A stretch of 64,000 nt of DNA from Bacteriovorax stolpii (GTDB lineage: Bacteria; Bdellovibrionota; Bacteriovoracia; Bacteriovoracales; Bacteriovoracaceae). A program made the position numbers and the translations under genes. Of this stretch, positions 15,429 through 26,142 are shown piece by piece. Within the stretch, counting starts at the first letter, position 1, and every line of letters starts with the position of its first letter. The notes beneath the pieces are model-generated. The model saw only the letters and a list, made by a program, of their open reading frames with translations, searched no databases and was not told the origin of the DNA. Where the stretch lies: positions 11,390-75,389 of the forward strand of contig CAMASK010000004.1 in assembly GCA_945860895.1 (NCBI GenBank), written 5' to 3'.

Positions 15429-16547
15429 TTAATGTCCGCCGCCGAAAATTAATTCGGCGATAGATTTTCCGTTAAATGCAACAGTCCAAATTGCACAACC
15501 AACCAGGTTAAAAATTGCGATTGGAGTTAAATATTTCCAACAGACGGCCATAAGTTGATCAACTCGAAGACGTGGAAACGTCCAACGAATCCAAATAACC
15601 ACATAATAAAGAAGTAATGTTTTAGTCATGAAAATCACGAACTGAACAGCTTGAATAGGAAGAATATCGAGGCTGATTCCTGGAACTTGGTAACCACCGA
15701 GGAATAAAGAAGCGGCGACACCACAAACAACAAATACTTCAATATATTCTGCCAAAGCAAAGAAGCCAAATCTCATGCCGGTATATTCTGTATGATAACC
15801 CGAAACTAGTTCTGATTCAGCTTCCGGAAGATCAAAGGGAGCGCGGTTTGTTTCGGCTAGAGCGCCAACTCCATAAACAAAGAAGGCTAAAAATGAGAAT
15901 GGGTTATGGAAAATAAACCATTCATGAGGCAATCCACCTTGATGACCGACAATGGTCCCAAAGCTCATTCCACCGGAAAGCAATGTGATGGCAAGAATAG
16001 AAATGGTTACTGGAATTTCGTAAGAAATAATTTGCGAAGCTCCACGCATACCGCCAAGCATTGACCATTTTGAGTTAGAGGCATATCCACCAAGAAATAC
16101 ACCTACTCCAACTAAAGATGAAATCGCTACCAAGTAAAAAATTCCAACGTTAAGATCGGCCATAATAAAGCCGCCAGAAAATGGAAGAACTGCCAATGTA
16201 GCAAACACGCCAGTTAAGCAAAGTAGAGGAGCAAGATAAAATAGCATCTTATCAGCAGTGAACGGCATAATGTCTTCTTTAGTCATCATCTTCACGCCAT
16301 CAGCAAGCATTTGAAGAAGCCCATATGGTCCAACACGATTTGGTCCAATACGCGCTTGTAAGTCGGCAGAGATTTTTCTTTCTGCATATGTTCCAAGTCC
16401 ACCTATAGTGGCACACATACCAACAATCGCAAGAGAGAGAAGAAGATAAATAGTGAAGGCTAAAGCACCTTGGTTATTTTTAAAAAGCGCCAAAAGAGTG
16501 TCATAAAACTCATACTGTGAAAGATAACTTACAACGGTTTGATTCAT
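15429..16547 (-). CDS. nuoH: NADH-quinone oxidoreductase subunit H
   Basis: AERKISADLQARIGPNRVGPYGLLQMLADGVK, ETNRAPFDLPEAESELVSGYHTEY, PRLRVDQL. Confidence 0.96.
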   Translation of the reverse strand: MNQTVVSYLSQYEFYDTLLALFKNNQGALAFTIYLLLSLAIVGMCATIGGLGTYAERKISADLQARIGPNRVGPYGLLQMLADGVKMMTKEDIMPFTADKMLFYLAPLLCLTGVFATLAVLPFSGGFIMADLNVGIFYLVAISSLVGVGVFLGGYASNSKWSMLGGMRGASQIISYEIPVTISILAITLLSGGMSFGTIVGHQGGLPHEWFIFHNPFSFLAFFVYGVGALAETNRAPFDLPEAESELVSGYHTEYTGMRFGFFALAEYIEVFVVCGVAASLFLGGYQVPGISLDILPIQAVQFVIFMTKTLLLYYVVIWIRWTFPRLRVDQLMAVCWKYLTPIAIFNLVGCAIWTVAFNGKSIAELIFGGGH

Positions 16548-16559
16548 AAATAATGGACC

Positions 16560-16979
16560 TTATTTTGTTTCTTTTTTTAATGATGACTGGAAAGATTTAA
16601 CCCAATCTAGGTCACCTTTTCTCCAGCAATAAGCGATGCCTTCTATAAGAACTGAAATGAAGCTTAAGAAGATAATTAATGCATATCCACCTTGACCCAT
16701 ATCGTTTAGCTCTCTAAAGATTGAAGCGACTGGAAACATAAGAACAGATTCAACATCGAAGATGATGAAAATTAATCCGACCACGTAGAATCGTACGTTG
16801 AACATGGACCAAGCTGAACCAACTGGTTGCTCACCACACTCGTATGGAGTAGATTTGAGATGCGAAGGCTTCTTTGGGGCGAGGAGAACAGAAGCATAAT
16901 GTCCCCCGAAGAATAGCAAAACTGCTAAACCCATAAAGATAACAACAGGCATTAAGCCATCGAATGAAGCTGGTATCAT
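16560..16979 (-). CDS. nuoA: NADH-quinone oxidoreductase subunit A
   Basis: KSTPYECGEQP, FYVVGLIFIIFDVE, WRKGDLDW. RBS GGAG favours ATG 16979 over GTG 16991. Confidence 0.95.
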   Translation of the reverse strand: MIPASFDGLMPVVIFMGLAVLLFFGGHYASVLLAPKKPSHLKSTPYECGEQPVGSAWSMFNVRFYVVGLIFIIFDVESVLMFPVASIFRELNDMGQGGYALIIFLSFISVLIEGIAYCWRKGDLDWVKSFQSSLKKETK

Positions 16980-17152
16980 GGACGTCTCCACTACATTGAG
17001 TTCTTAAGAAAAAGTAGTTTTAAGATACAAAAGATGTTGAAAATAGGAAAGATGTTATTTTATTTGTCACAGAGTAAACTAACTTTGGCGAAATGCAGAA
17101 AACGAAATAATAATTAAAATAAAACTAACGAATTTAATCGGATTTAAACTTT

Positions 17153-20100
17153 ATGTTGTTTAGTGGACTTCAAAGTAAATTGCAATATTGGCAAGAACAT
17201 CAGCAATCACTGTACCTCAAGGGGATTTCTCCCAATCAATGGTGTTTTCTTGCGGGAAGTTATTTTAAGGAGCAGATCTTTTCTGACACACATCTCCTTG
17301 TTTGCTCAGATCAAGATGAAGCGGAAGATGTTTATGAAGCGCTGAAACAATTAAAAAATGTTTATTTTTACCCAGGGCATAATCACTCCCTTTATTCCAG
17401 CATCATTACATCCGAAAGTTCTTTACTGGCAAGATGGTCTGTCCTCCAAAGGATAGTTAAAGGCGAAAAAATTATTGTGGTAACCACCTGGGAAGCCGCT
17501 TTAATGCTTGGACCTGATCCCGATTTTTTTAAAGAAAAATCTTTCTTCATTAAAAAAGAAGACATTATATCGCCATTTGATTTAGCAAAAAAATTAACAG
17601 AGATGGGTTATTACCCATCAAGTACAGTTGAAGAACCGGGAACCTTTTCTAGGCGCGGCGAGATTTTTGATATCTATCCCATCGCTCATCCCCCGGTAAG
17701 ATTACATTACTTTGATGATCTCATTGAAGAAATGTTCGCAATCGAAATTGAAACACAGAAAACAAATCGGGAAACGAGTTTTACGGAAGTTTGTTTAATT
17801 CCCGGTCCCGGATACTTAACTCGTGATCCCTTTGCTACGAATTTACGATCTAAAATTGCTCAACCCCAACCCCGTTTTAAAAATCGTTACGAAGTTAGAA
17901 AACAACTTTTTCAAAAAATGAGTGAGGGGCAGTTGTTTGATAATTACCCCTTATTTATTCCCTTGTTTTTTGAGAAACCTCAAACCCTTTTAGATTATTT
18001 AACCCAAAATGCGAAGTTAACTTTTTTTAATACCGATAATGGTCAAAAAAACTTTGACTTGTTTTTGGCCCAACAGATTGAAGATTTCGAAGCTTTGCAA
18101 AATGATGTTAAAAGTTCATCCATTGTCCCATCGCCTGATAATTTTTATCTTCAAGAATTTAAGGCAAATGCGCACAAAACCTTAATTGTGGATCAGTTAG
18201 ATATTTCCTATTTTTTGGATCAGCCACTTGATCGTGAACTTCATTTTAATTTAGAAAAACTGAAGGCTCATCTGCAAACTAAGCTGCAGATATCCGGTGC
18301 TGTTCCAGAAAATAAATTTGAGTATATTAAAGGCAGCCTCAAGGTTCTAAAAAATGAACTCAAAAATTACGGACATTTAATTGTTACCTATAAATCTGAA
18401 AATGCCCGGCAAGAGCTGGCCTATCTTTTAGAAGAAAATGGATTAACTTCTTTAGGAGATCGTTTACATTTTGCTTCGGGCAAATTAGATGAAGGTTTTT
18501 ATTATAAAAATGAACACATTTTCGTTTTATCTGAAAGTGATTTTTTTTCCGTTAAAAAACAAAAAACTAAAAAAATATCTACGGTAAATAAAGATTTATT
18601 TGCCGAACAAATGGCGACTTTAAAAATCAATGATTTTGTGGTCCACCGAGATTATGGAATAGGTATTTATAAAGGTCTTGAAACAATTCAAGCAATGGAT
18701 CAACAAAATGATTACTTGGTTATTCTTTATGAAGATAACGATAAAGTTTATGTTCCAGTTTATAAATTAAATCTAGTTCAAAAACATGCTGATGCCTCAT
18801 CAGGTCTTAAAGTTGCCTCTTTAAAATCTAAAAAGTTTAATGAATTAAAAGCCAAGGCTCGTGGCTCGGTTAAAAAACTCGCCATTGATTTAATACGACT
18901 GCAAGCCGAAAGAAAACTTAGCGGTGGATTTGCCTTTTCACCACCTGATCATATGTATAAAGAATTTGAGCTATCTTTTGCTTTTGAAGAAACTCCAGAT
19001 CAGCAAAAAGCCATCAATGATGTCATAGAAGATATGCAGAAACAATTTCCGATGGATCGTCTTGTCTGTGGTGACGTGGGATTTGGTAAAACCGAAGTAG
19101 CCATGCGGGCAGCAATGAAAGCGGTTTTAGATAAAAAACAGGTTGTTATTTTAGTTCCAACGACTGTTTTGGCGCTTCAGCATTTTCATTCTTTTACCAA
19201 ACGTTTTGAAAACTTTCCAGTGAATGTAGATTTCATTTCTCGTTTCAAATCACCTAAAGAAAAAACTCAGACCATGCTTAAAGTAGCCGAGGGCAAAGTC
19301 GATATCTTAATTGGTACTCATGCCATACTATCTGAGAAAATGGAATTTCATGATCTAGGCTTATTGATCATAGATGAAGAGCATAGGTTCGGCGTGGGCC
19401 ATAAAGAGAAACTTAAAGTATTAAAATCGGGCATTGATGTTTTAACCATGACAGCTACACCCATTCCTAGAACTTTACAACTTTCCTTTCTGGGAATCAG
19501 AGACCTCTCTTTAATTCAAACCGCTCCACCTCGCAGGCAATCAATTAAGACTTACATCATTAAAGAAGATGATTTAACACTTAAATCCGCGATTGAAAAA
19601 GAACTCGCGCGAGGAGGACAGATCTATTATGTCCACAATCGAGTGCACGATATAGAGGAACATGAAATCTATCTCAAAAAACTTGTACCCAAGGCACGGG
19701 TCAGTGTGACTCATGGACAAATGGCGGAGCGAGAATTAGAAAAACGAATTAATGATTTTTATGATCACAAAGCCGATATTCTTTTGGCCACAACAATTAT
19801 TGAATCTGGTATTGATATACCAAATGCTAATACCATGATCATTGATCGTGCTGATACATATGGTTTGGCCCAACTTCATCAACTACGTGGAAGAATTGGT
19901 CGTTCAGATAGAAAAGCCTATGCCTATTTTATGGTGCCAGAAAATAGAATATTAACAGAAACTTCACAACGCCGTCTTCAAGCTTTACAAACATATGCAG
20001 AAATTGGCGGTGGATTTTCTCTTGCTTCGTCTGACATGGAAATCAGAGGTGCAGGTGACATCTTAGGAGGAGAACAATCCGGTCATATTGAAGGAATCGG

Positions 20101-20626
20101 TCTTGAATTTTACATGGATTTATTAACCGAAGCGATTCAAGAAATTCGTGGAGAGCAAAAAGTTTCTGCAAAAAATATTGAGATACAAGCACCATTTTCA
20201 GCCTACATTCCTAATGGATATATACCGGATCATGCCCTAAGACTTAAATATTATAAGCGTCTTTCGAATTCTAATGAACATGGACGTCTGGAAGATATTA
20301 TTTCTGAATTAACTGATGCATTTGGCATCACCCCAAGAGAACTAGAAACATTGTATTCAATTCTGCGTTCAAGAATTTATTTCCAATCTTTAGGGATTCG
20401 ATTAATTAAGGTTTCTGGTCCTCAGATCAATTTGTATTTTGACGTGGAAATACTAAACCATAATAATCAGTTAAGAGATAAAATGTTGAGTTTTTTCATG
20501 AATAAGCCCAAATTATACAAGCTTAATCCGGATTCTTCGGTTATCTGCTACTTTAAAGAGCTCGTAAGTCATCAGATGCTTTTAGAATTTGCGAAACATA
20601 TTGCCGCACAAATGGGCGCATGTTAA
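17153..20626 (+). CDS. mfd: transcription-repair coupling factor
   Basis: UvrB-homology module, RID (VVHRDYGIG), CGDVGFGKTE, DEEH, TATPIPRTL, QLRGRIGR, TRCF C-terminus. Confidence 0.97.
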   Translation: MLFSGLQSKLQYWQEHQQSLYLKGISPNQWCFLAGSYFKEQIFSDTHLLVCSDQDEAEDVYEALKQLKNVYFYPGHNHSLYSSIITSESSLLARWSVLQRIVKGEKIIVVTTWEAALMLGPDPDFFKEKSFFIKKEDIISPFDLAKKLTEMGYYPSSTVEEPGTFSRRGEIFDIYPIAHPPVRLHYFDDLIEEMFAIEIETQKTNRETSFTEVCLIPGPGYLTRDPFATNLRSKIAQPQPRFKNRYEVRKQLFQKMSEGQLFDNYPLFIPLFFEKPQTLLDYLTQNAKLTFFNTDNGQKNFDLFLAQQIEDFEALQNDVKSSSIVPSPDNFYLQEFKANAHKTLIVDQLDISYFLDQPLDRELHFNLEKLKAHLQTKLQISGAVPENKFEYIKGSLKVLKNELKNYGHLIVTYKSENARQELAYLLEENGLTSLGDRLHFASGKLDEGFYYKNEHIFVLSESDFFSVKKQKTKKISTVNKDLFAEQMATLKINDFVVHRDYGIGIYKGLETIQAMDQQNDYLVILYEDNDKVYVPVYKLNLVQKHADASSGLKVASLKSKKFNELKAKARGSVKKLAIDLIRLQAERKLSGGFAFSPPDHMYKEFELSFAFEETPDQQKAINDVIEDMQKQFPMDRLVCGDVGFGKTEVAMRAAMKAVLDKKQVVILVPTTVLALQHFHSFTKRFENFPVNVDFISRFKSPKEKTQTMLKVAEGKVDILIGTHAILSEKMEFHDLGLLIIDEEHRFGVGHKEKLKVLKSGIDVLTMTATPIPRTLQLSFLGIRDLSLIQTAPPRRQSIKTYIIKEDDLTLKSAIEKELARGGQIYYVHNRVHDIEEHEIYLKKLVPKARVSVTHGQMAERELEKRINDFYDHKADILLATTIIESGIDIPNANTMIIDRADTYGLAQLHQLRGRIGRSDRKAYAYFMVPENRILTETSQRRLQALQTYAEIGGGFSLASSDMEIRGAGDILGGEQSGHIEGIGLEFYMDLLTEAIQEIRGEQKVSAKNIEIQAPFSAYIPNGYIPDHALRLKYYKRLSNSNEHGRLEDIISELTDAFGITPRELETLYSILRSRIYFQSLGIRLIKVSGPQINLYFDVEILNHNNQLRDKMLSFFMNKPKLYKLNPDSSVICYFKELVSHQMLLEFAKHIAAQMGAC

Positions 20627-20653
20627 CGTTTTTATTAGATATAATTAACAAGG

Positions 20654-21460
20654 ATGTTTATGAAAAACTTCATGCTTTTTTTAGTGGCGACCATTATGGT
20701 CCTTCCGGCTTTTGCACAACAAAAAGATGTTGTTGCTACAGTAAATGGAAGAGTAATTACCAAAAAACAATTTGAAGAATATCATCTTCAAAATCTAAAA
20801 TTTGTTGGTCAGAGAAGAATAACCAAAGAAATTTCTCTTCAAGATTTAATCAGTCGTGAATTGGGAATTCAAAAAGCAAAAAAGACCGGGCTCGACAAAG
20901 ATCCTGCAGTTATTGCAAAACAAGAAGATATTCTTTTCCATGCACAAATTTCGAAAGATCTTGAAAATGAATTTAAGAAAATCAATGTAACCGATGCTGA
21001 CGTAAAAAATTATTATGAAAATAATAAAGAATATCGTTCTGCCCACATTCTTTATCGATTAAGAGCTGAACCAACTCCGGAAGAAGTAAAAGGTGCATAC
21101 GATCAAAGTATGGGAATTTATGCCCAACTTCAGCAATCACCAGAAGAGTTTGCTAAACTTGCCAATAAATACTCACAGACGTCTGCGGCAGCCGTAGGTG
21201 GCGATCTTGGTTTCCAGCCACCAACGCGTTTAGCCCCTGAATATTTTGAATCAATTAAAGGTCAAAAGGTTGGATTCATTTCTAAGCCAGTGCGATCTCA
21301 AATGGGTTTCCATATTATTAAGGTGCTCGGTGTTAAGAGCTACGATCAGGTCGACAAAAACTTGTACAAGAAAATCATTTACGATACTAAAAGAGATGCC
21401 ATTATTGAGAACTACTTCAAAGGTCTCGCTAAAGGCGTGGATATCAAGAAGAACCTATAA
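20654..21460 (+). CDS. secreted parvulin-type (PpiC) peptidyl-prolyl isomerase
   Basis: Signal peptide, VVATVNGRVIT, YRSAHIL, GGDLGF, GFHIIKV. Confidence 0.88.
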   Translation: MFMKNFMLFLVATIMVLPAFAQQKDVVATVNGRVITKKQFEEYHLQNLKFVGQRRITKEISLQDLISRELGIQKAKKTGLDKDPAVIAKQEDILFHAQISKDLENEFKKINVTDADVKNYYENNKEYRSAHILYRLRAEPTPEEVKGAYDQSMGIYAQLQQSPEEFAKLANKYSQTSAAAVGGDLGFQPPTRLAPEYFESIKGQKVGFISKPVRSQMGFHIIKVLGVKSYDQVDKNLYKKIIYDTKRDAIIENYFKGLAKGVDIKKNL

Positions 21461-21472
21461 CATTGAAGTGTC

Positions 21473-22387
21473 GTGAAAATATTACTGTTAATTATAATCT
21501 TAGGCTCAAGCTCAGCTTGGGCCTCTGAAAAACTCATCGATAAACTTGTTGCTGTTGTAAATACTCGCATCGTCTCCCTTTCAGAAATAAATCGAATGGA
21601 CGAAACTTTAAGCGCTCGCAAAGAAATTTCTCCCATGATTTATAGTGAAACCAAATACGATAAAAAAAAATTACTCGATATAATCATTAAATCATTTATT
21701 ATTCGAGATAAAATCAGCGCACAAGGCTATATCATAAATGATGATGCCGTTGAATCCAGAATCAAAATGACTGAAGGTCGTTTAGGCTTAAAGCGAGCTG
21801 ATCTTTTGAACTTTCTTAAAAGTAAAAAATTAACATTTGAGGAGTACTTTGAAGTTATTCGTGAAACCATGGAATATAACGTCTTTGCTTCAAAAATCAT
21901 TGCTCCATTAATTTCAGTTACAGAGCAAGAAATTAAAAATGAGTATTATCGGAGAAACACCGCCAACAGTGCGCTCGCGTTCAAGTATAATCTTGTGGAT
22001 TTCTACATTAAAGAAAGTAATCTGGTAGATAAAAATGAAAATCGTTTTCTTGAAGTTTTAAAAGACTATCAATTAACAGGCAAACTTCCTGAAGAGTATC
22101 GTGATCTTGAAACTAATAATCTCGAAAACCTAACAGAAGATTCACTATCAAAAGAGCTTGGTAATACTCTTAAAGTTACATCTGAAGGATCTTTTTCTAA
22201 GGCAACTTCCCTGGGTGGATATCTACACATATTTTATGTGCAGAAAAAAGACCTAGTTGAATCACAGGATTTTCTTAAATTTAAAGAGCAAATTCAAAAC
22301 GACATCTTTATGGAAAAAGGTAAAGCTGTGACCAATAATTGGTTCGACCGTGAATTTTCTAATTACTACATTAAAAATCTTCTTTAA
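21473..22387 (+). CDS. surA: SurA-like periplasmic chaperone
   Basis: IDKLVAVVNTRIVSLSEI SurA N-terminal motif; signal peptide; directly upstream of pdxA as in the usual surA-pdxA pair. Confidence 0.75.
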   Translation: MKILLLIIILGSSSAWASEKLIDKLVAVVNTRIVSLSEINRMDETLSARKEISPMIYSETKYDKKKLLDIIIKSFIIRDKISAQGYIINDDAVESRIKMTEGRLGLKRADLLNFLKSKKLTFEEYFEVIRETMEYNVFASKIIAPLISVTEQEIKNEYYRRNTANSALAFKYNLVDFYIKESNLVDKNENRFLEVLKDYQLTGKLPEEYRDLETNNLENLTEDSLSKELGNTLKVTSEGSFSKATSLGGYLHIFYVQKKDLVESQDFLKFKEQIQNDIFMEKGKAVTNNWFDREFSNYYIKNLL

Positions 22388-22389
22388 AT

Positions 22390-23343
22390 ATGAAAGTGTA
22401 CGTTACCCAAGGTCATCAAGAGGGTATCGGCTTAGAAGTTTTCTTTAAAAGCTGTCTCTTTTTATCCCAAGAAAAACTACACCATCTCAATTTGATTGCT
22501 TTTAAAGAGGGTGTTAAAGAAACTCTAATTTCTTTAAAGCTTCCTTTCAAACTTCATGAAGACAACATTGAATTGGCGCATATTCAAATTCCAGTTACTT
22601 GGCTAAAAAAGACAATTCATTCACAAAGTTTAAGTAGTCTTGAACTAGGTATGCGTCTTTCAGAGAGCGGGGGAGTTTTGTACACTCTTCCAACTTCTAA
22701 GGATCAATTTCCAACTGGTTTTGCCGGACATACCGAATATTTTCGCCATGTTTATAAAAAACCAGAATTGGGCATGTTTTTTTCTGCACCGGATATGCAA
22801 ATGTTATTAATCACTGATCATGTCGCAATAGACAAGCTGGATGAGACTTTGACTCAAAAGCGTATTTTTTTAAGCTTAGAAAATGCATATAACTGTCTGA
22901 ATCACTGGAAATGGCCGACTGAAAAATATCTAATTTCAGGATTAAATCCACATGCAGGAGAAAATGGTTTGATAGGGTCTCAAGACCAACGTGTTTTTGG
23001 TGCCATTAGACAGATGCAAGACAAATTCAAATTAGATATCGCAGGGCCTTTTCCGGGTGATAGTATGCTTAAGGAGAGAAAATCCCCATTAGACGTGTTA
23101 GTTTATCTCTTTCATGATCAGGGGCTTGGTCTGTTTAAAGGTCTTCAAGGTTTTATCGGATCTAATATTACATTGGGTTTGCCATATCCAAGATTTAGTC
23201 CCGATCACGGTACATCATTTAATCTCTTTGGTAAAAATGAAGCAGATTACAGAGGTGTTCAGTATTCTTTAAATCAGGCGCTCCTTCAGCTCAAGAGGAT
23301 GTTAGATGGACGAGATTCGAGTAACAAAAGCAAAAGTACATAA
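22390..23343 (+). CDS. pdxA: PdxA-family dehydrogenase (4-hydroxythreonine-4-phosphate dehydrogenase-like)
   Basis: GHTE, LNPHAGENG, GPFPGD, FHDQG, SPDHGT. Confidence 0.85.
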   Translation: MKVYVTQGHQEGIGLEVFFKSCLFLSQEKLHHLNLIAFKEGVKETLISLKLPFKLHEDNIELAHIQIPVTWLKKTIHSQSLSSLELGMRLSESGGVLYTLPTSKDQFPTGFAGHTEYFRHVYKKPELGMFFSAPDMQMLLITDHVAIDKLDETLTQKRIFLSLENAYNCLNHWKWPTEKYLISGLNPHAGENGLIGSQDQRVFGAIRQMQDKFKLDIAGPFPGDSMLKERKSPLDVLVYLFHDQGLGLFKGLQGFIGSNITLGLPYPRFSPDHGTSFNLFGKNEADYRGVQYSLNQALLQLKRMLDGRDSSNKSKST

Positions 23344-26110
23344 TCTAAAAAATATTGATGTCGCAATACCCAGACATTCATTAACTGTTATCACTGGCCC
23401 ATCCGGATGTGGTAAATCTTCACTTGCCTTCGATACCATTTTTGCTGAAGGCCAGCGTCGTTATATAGAATCTCTTTCAAGTTATGCCAGGCAATTCATA
23501 GGTCAAAGTGAAGCACCAGAAGTTGAAAGTATAACCGGTCTTTCTCCAGCTATTGCTATTGATCAGAAATCCACAACAAAAAATCCTCGCTCCACTGTGG
23601 GCACAATCACTGAAGTTTATGATTATTTGCGCTTACTATATGCCAGATTAGGTGAAGCCCATTGCCCAGACACTGGTGAAAAAGTTGCCAAACAAACCCC
23701 ACAACAAATTGTGGATCAAATAATGAAGTTCAAAACAGGCACAAAGCTTCAGATTCTCTCACCTGTTATTCGGAATAAAAAAGGTGAACATAAAGAAGAG
23801 TTAGCAAAATTCGTAAGCATGGGGTTTTCGAGAATTCGAATTAATTCAATCATATCGAATCTCGATGATCAGATTTCAATTAATAAATCAAAATTTAATA
23901 ACATTGATATCGTTATTGACCGTCTGGTGATGAAAGAGGGTATTAAATCAAGATTAACTGAATCAGTAGAGCATGCTTTAAAAATTTCGGATGGATATCT
24001 AATTATTCTAGCCGATGAGAAAGAGCACTTCTATTCTGAAAAAAATTTTTCATTTAAATCAGGTAAGAGTTATCCTGATCTTGAACCAAGACTTTTTTCT
24101 TTCAATTCTCCACTCGGAGCATGTCAAACTTGTAAAGGAATGGGGATTTCTAAAAATTTTGATATTGAAAGTTTACTTCAGGATGAAACTTTAAATTTAG
24201 ATGAAGGTGCAATTCCTATTTTAAAGAAAAATGTTTTCCTTATGCAAATGTTGAGATCGGTCGCTGTTGTAGAAAAAGTTGATTTGGAAATACCATTTCA
24301 AAAACTTCCTGAAAAATTCAGAAAAATTATTTATGATGGCGGTGGGGACAAAATTTATAATTATAAATTTGAATCCGAAAATTCTTCCTGGAATTTTAAA
24401 AAAGAATTTCCAGGGATCGTAAATTGGCTGGAAAAAAAATATATCGAATCTGATTCCGAAAAAACCCGTTCAGACCTCGAAGAATACATGATCATTAAAA
24501 AGTGTCCTTCCTGTAAGGGAAAAAAACTGAATCCCTTTGCTCTGGCGGCTACGATTAATGGCGAGTCCATCATGGATGTTTGTGACCTTTCGATTTATGA
24601 TGCGGCTGAATTCATTAATAAACTTAACTTTACAGGTAACCAGGCAATAATTGCCAATAAAGTGCTTAAAGAGGTTAAGGACCGGCTTAAGTTTCTATTA
24701 AACGTCGGTCTAAATTATCTTACGTTAAATCGAGACGCCATGACCTTATCAGGTGGAGAATCGCAGCGTATTCGTCTTGCCACACAGATTGGCTCTGCGC
24801 TTTCTGGAGTGCTCTATGTTTTAGATGAACCAAGTATTGGGCTTCACCAAAGAGATAACGAAAAGCTTATAAAAACTCTTATTGATTTGCGGGATATTGG
24901 AAACACTGTGTTAGTCGTTGAACATGATGAAGACACCATGATGGCAGCAGATTATTTAATCGACATGGGCCCTCGTGCTGGTATTCATGGTGGGGAAGTC
25001 GTGGCGGCAGGGACTCCTGAAGAAGTTAGTAAAAATAAGCAATCCATTACCGGAAAGTATCTTTCGGGTGAGCTTAAAATACACACTCCTACGGAAAGAA
25101 AAAAACTCACCAATAAACTGATATTAAATAATGCTCGCGAGCACAATTTAAAAGATGTCACATTAAATCTTCCACTTGGTGGTTTAGTTTGTATCACAGG
25201 TGTTTCGGGTTCAGGAAAATCGACTCTAATTCATAAAGTTTTAATTCCAGCAATTAAGAATGCATTTTCTCGTGGAAAAAGAGGCAGCACTAAAAATTAT
25301 CAGTCTCTAGTTGGAGCCGACAAAATTCAAAGCCTCATTGAACTTGATCAATCACCAATTGGTCGAACACCACATTCAAATCCAGCCACCTATACCGGCC
25401 TGTTTGATGATATACGAAATATCTTTTCTCAAACTAATGAAGCAAAAGTACGTGGTTACAAACCCGGAAGATTCTCATTCAATGTAAAGGGTGGACGTTG
25501 CGAAACTTGTGAAGGCAATGGGATGTTAAAGATTGAGATGCATTTTCTCCCAGATGTTTACATCACATGTTCTGAATGCCGAGGTTCGCGGTTTAATAAT
25601 GAAACTCTATCCATTTTATACCGTGGAAAAAATATTGCTGACGTACTTAGCATGAGTATTGAAGAAGCAGCTCCTTTTTTTGAAAATCACCCAAAAGTTA
25701 ACCGGGCATTAAAAGTTATGAATGATGTCGGACTGGGATATATAAAACTTGGTCAGCCTGCTACCACACTATCTGGCGGCGAAGCTCAAAGATTAAAATT
25801 ATCAAGGGAGTTATCAAAATCTACAAAGGGCCAAACACTCTATGTCTTAGATGAACCAACAACAGGACTTCATTTTGAAGACATTAATATTCTATTAAAG
25901 TCACTCAATAAACTTGTTGATCAAGGACACTCTCTTTTAATTATTGAACACAATTTAGACGTTATCAAAACCGCAGACTGGGTTATAGACTTAGGACCTG
26001 ATGGTGGTAAAAATGGTGGTTTCATCATAGCTGAGGGAACGCCCGAACAAGTGGCAAAAACCAAAGGATCTTACACTGGTCATTATCTGAAAAAAGTTTT
26101 GAAATCCTAA
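23306..26110 (+). CDS. uvrA: excinuclease ABC subunit A
   Basis: Two ABC cassettes (GPSGCGKSS, GVSGSGKST), LSGGESQRIRLA, LSGGEAQRLKL, Zn fingers. Confidence 0.98.
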   Translation: MDEIRVTKAKVHNLKNIDVAIPRHSLTVITGPSGCGKSSLAFDTIFAEGQRRYIESLSSYARQFIGQSEAPEVESITGLSPAIAIDQKSTTKNPRSTVGTITEVYDYLRLLYARLGEAHCPDTGEKVAKQTPQQIVDQIMKFKTGTKLQILSPVIRNKKGEHKEELAKFVSMGFSRIRINSIISNLDDQISINKSKFNNIDIVIDRLVMKEGIKSRLTESVEHALKISDGYLIILADEKEHFYSEKNFSFKSGKSYPDLEPRLFSFNSPLGACQTCKGMGISKNFDIESLLQDETLNLDEGAIPILKKNVFLMQMLRSVAVVEKVDLEIPFQKLPEKFRKIIYDGGGDKIYNYKFESENSSWNFKKEFPGIVNWLEKKYIESDSEKTRSDLEEYMIIKKCPSCKGKKLNPFALAATINGESIMDVCDLSIYDAAEFINKLNFTGNQAIIANKVLKEVKDRLKFLLNVGLNYLTLNRDAMTLSGGESQRIRLATQIGSALSGVLYVLDEPSIGLHQRDNEKLIKTLIDLRDIGNTVLVVEHDEDTMMAADYLIDMGPRAGIHGGEVVAAGTPEEVSKNKQSITGKYLSGELKIHTPTERKKLTNKLILNNAREHNLKDVTLNLPLGGLVCITGVSGSGKSTLIHKVLIPAIKNAFSRGKRGSTKNYQSLVGADKIQSLIELDQSPIGRTPHSNPATYTGLFDDIRNIFSQTNEAKVRGYKPGRFSFNVKGGRCETCEGNGMLKIEMHFLPDVYITCSECRGSRFNNETLSILYRGKNIADVLSMSIEEAAPFFENHPKVNRALKVMNDVGLGYIKLGQPATTLSGGEAQRLKLSRELSKSTKGQTLYVLDEPTTGLHFEDINILLKSLNKLVDQGHSLLIIEHNLDVIKTADWVIDLGPDGGKNGGFIIAEGTPEQVAKTKGSYTGHYLKKVLKS

Positions 26111-26142
26111 CCTGCTGCACACTTTGTAGATGGATTATATCT

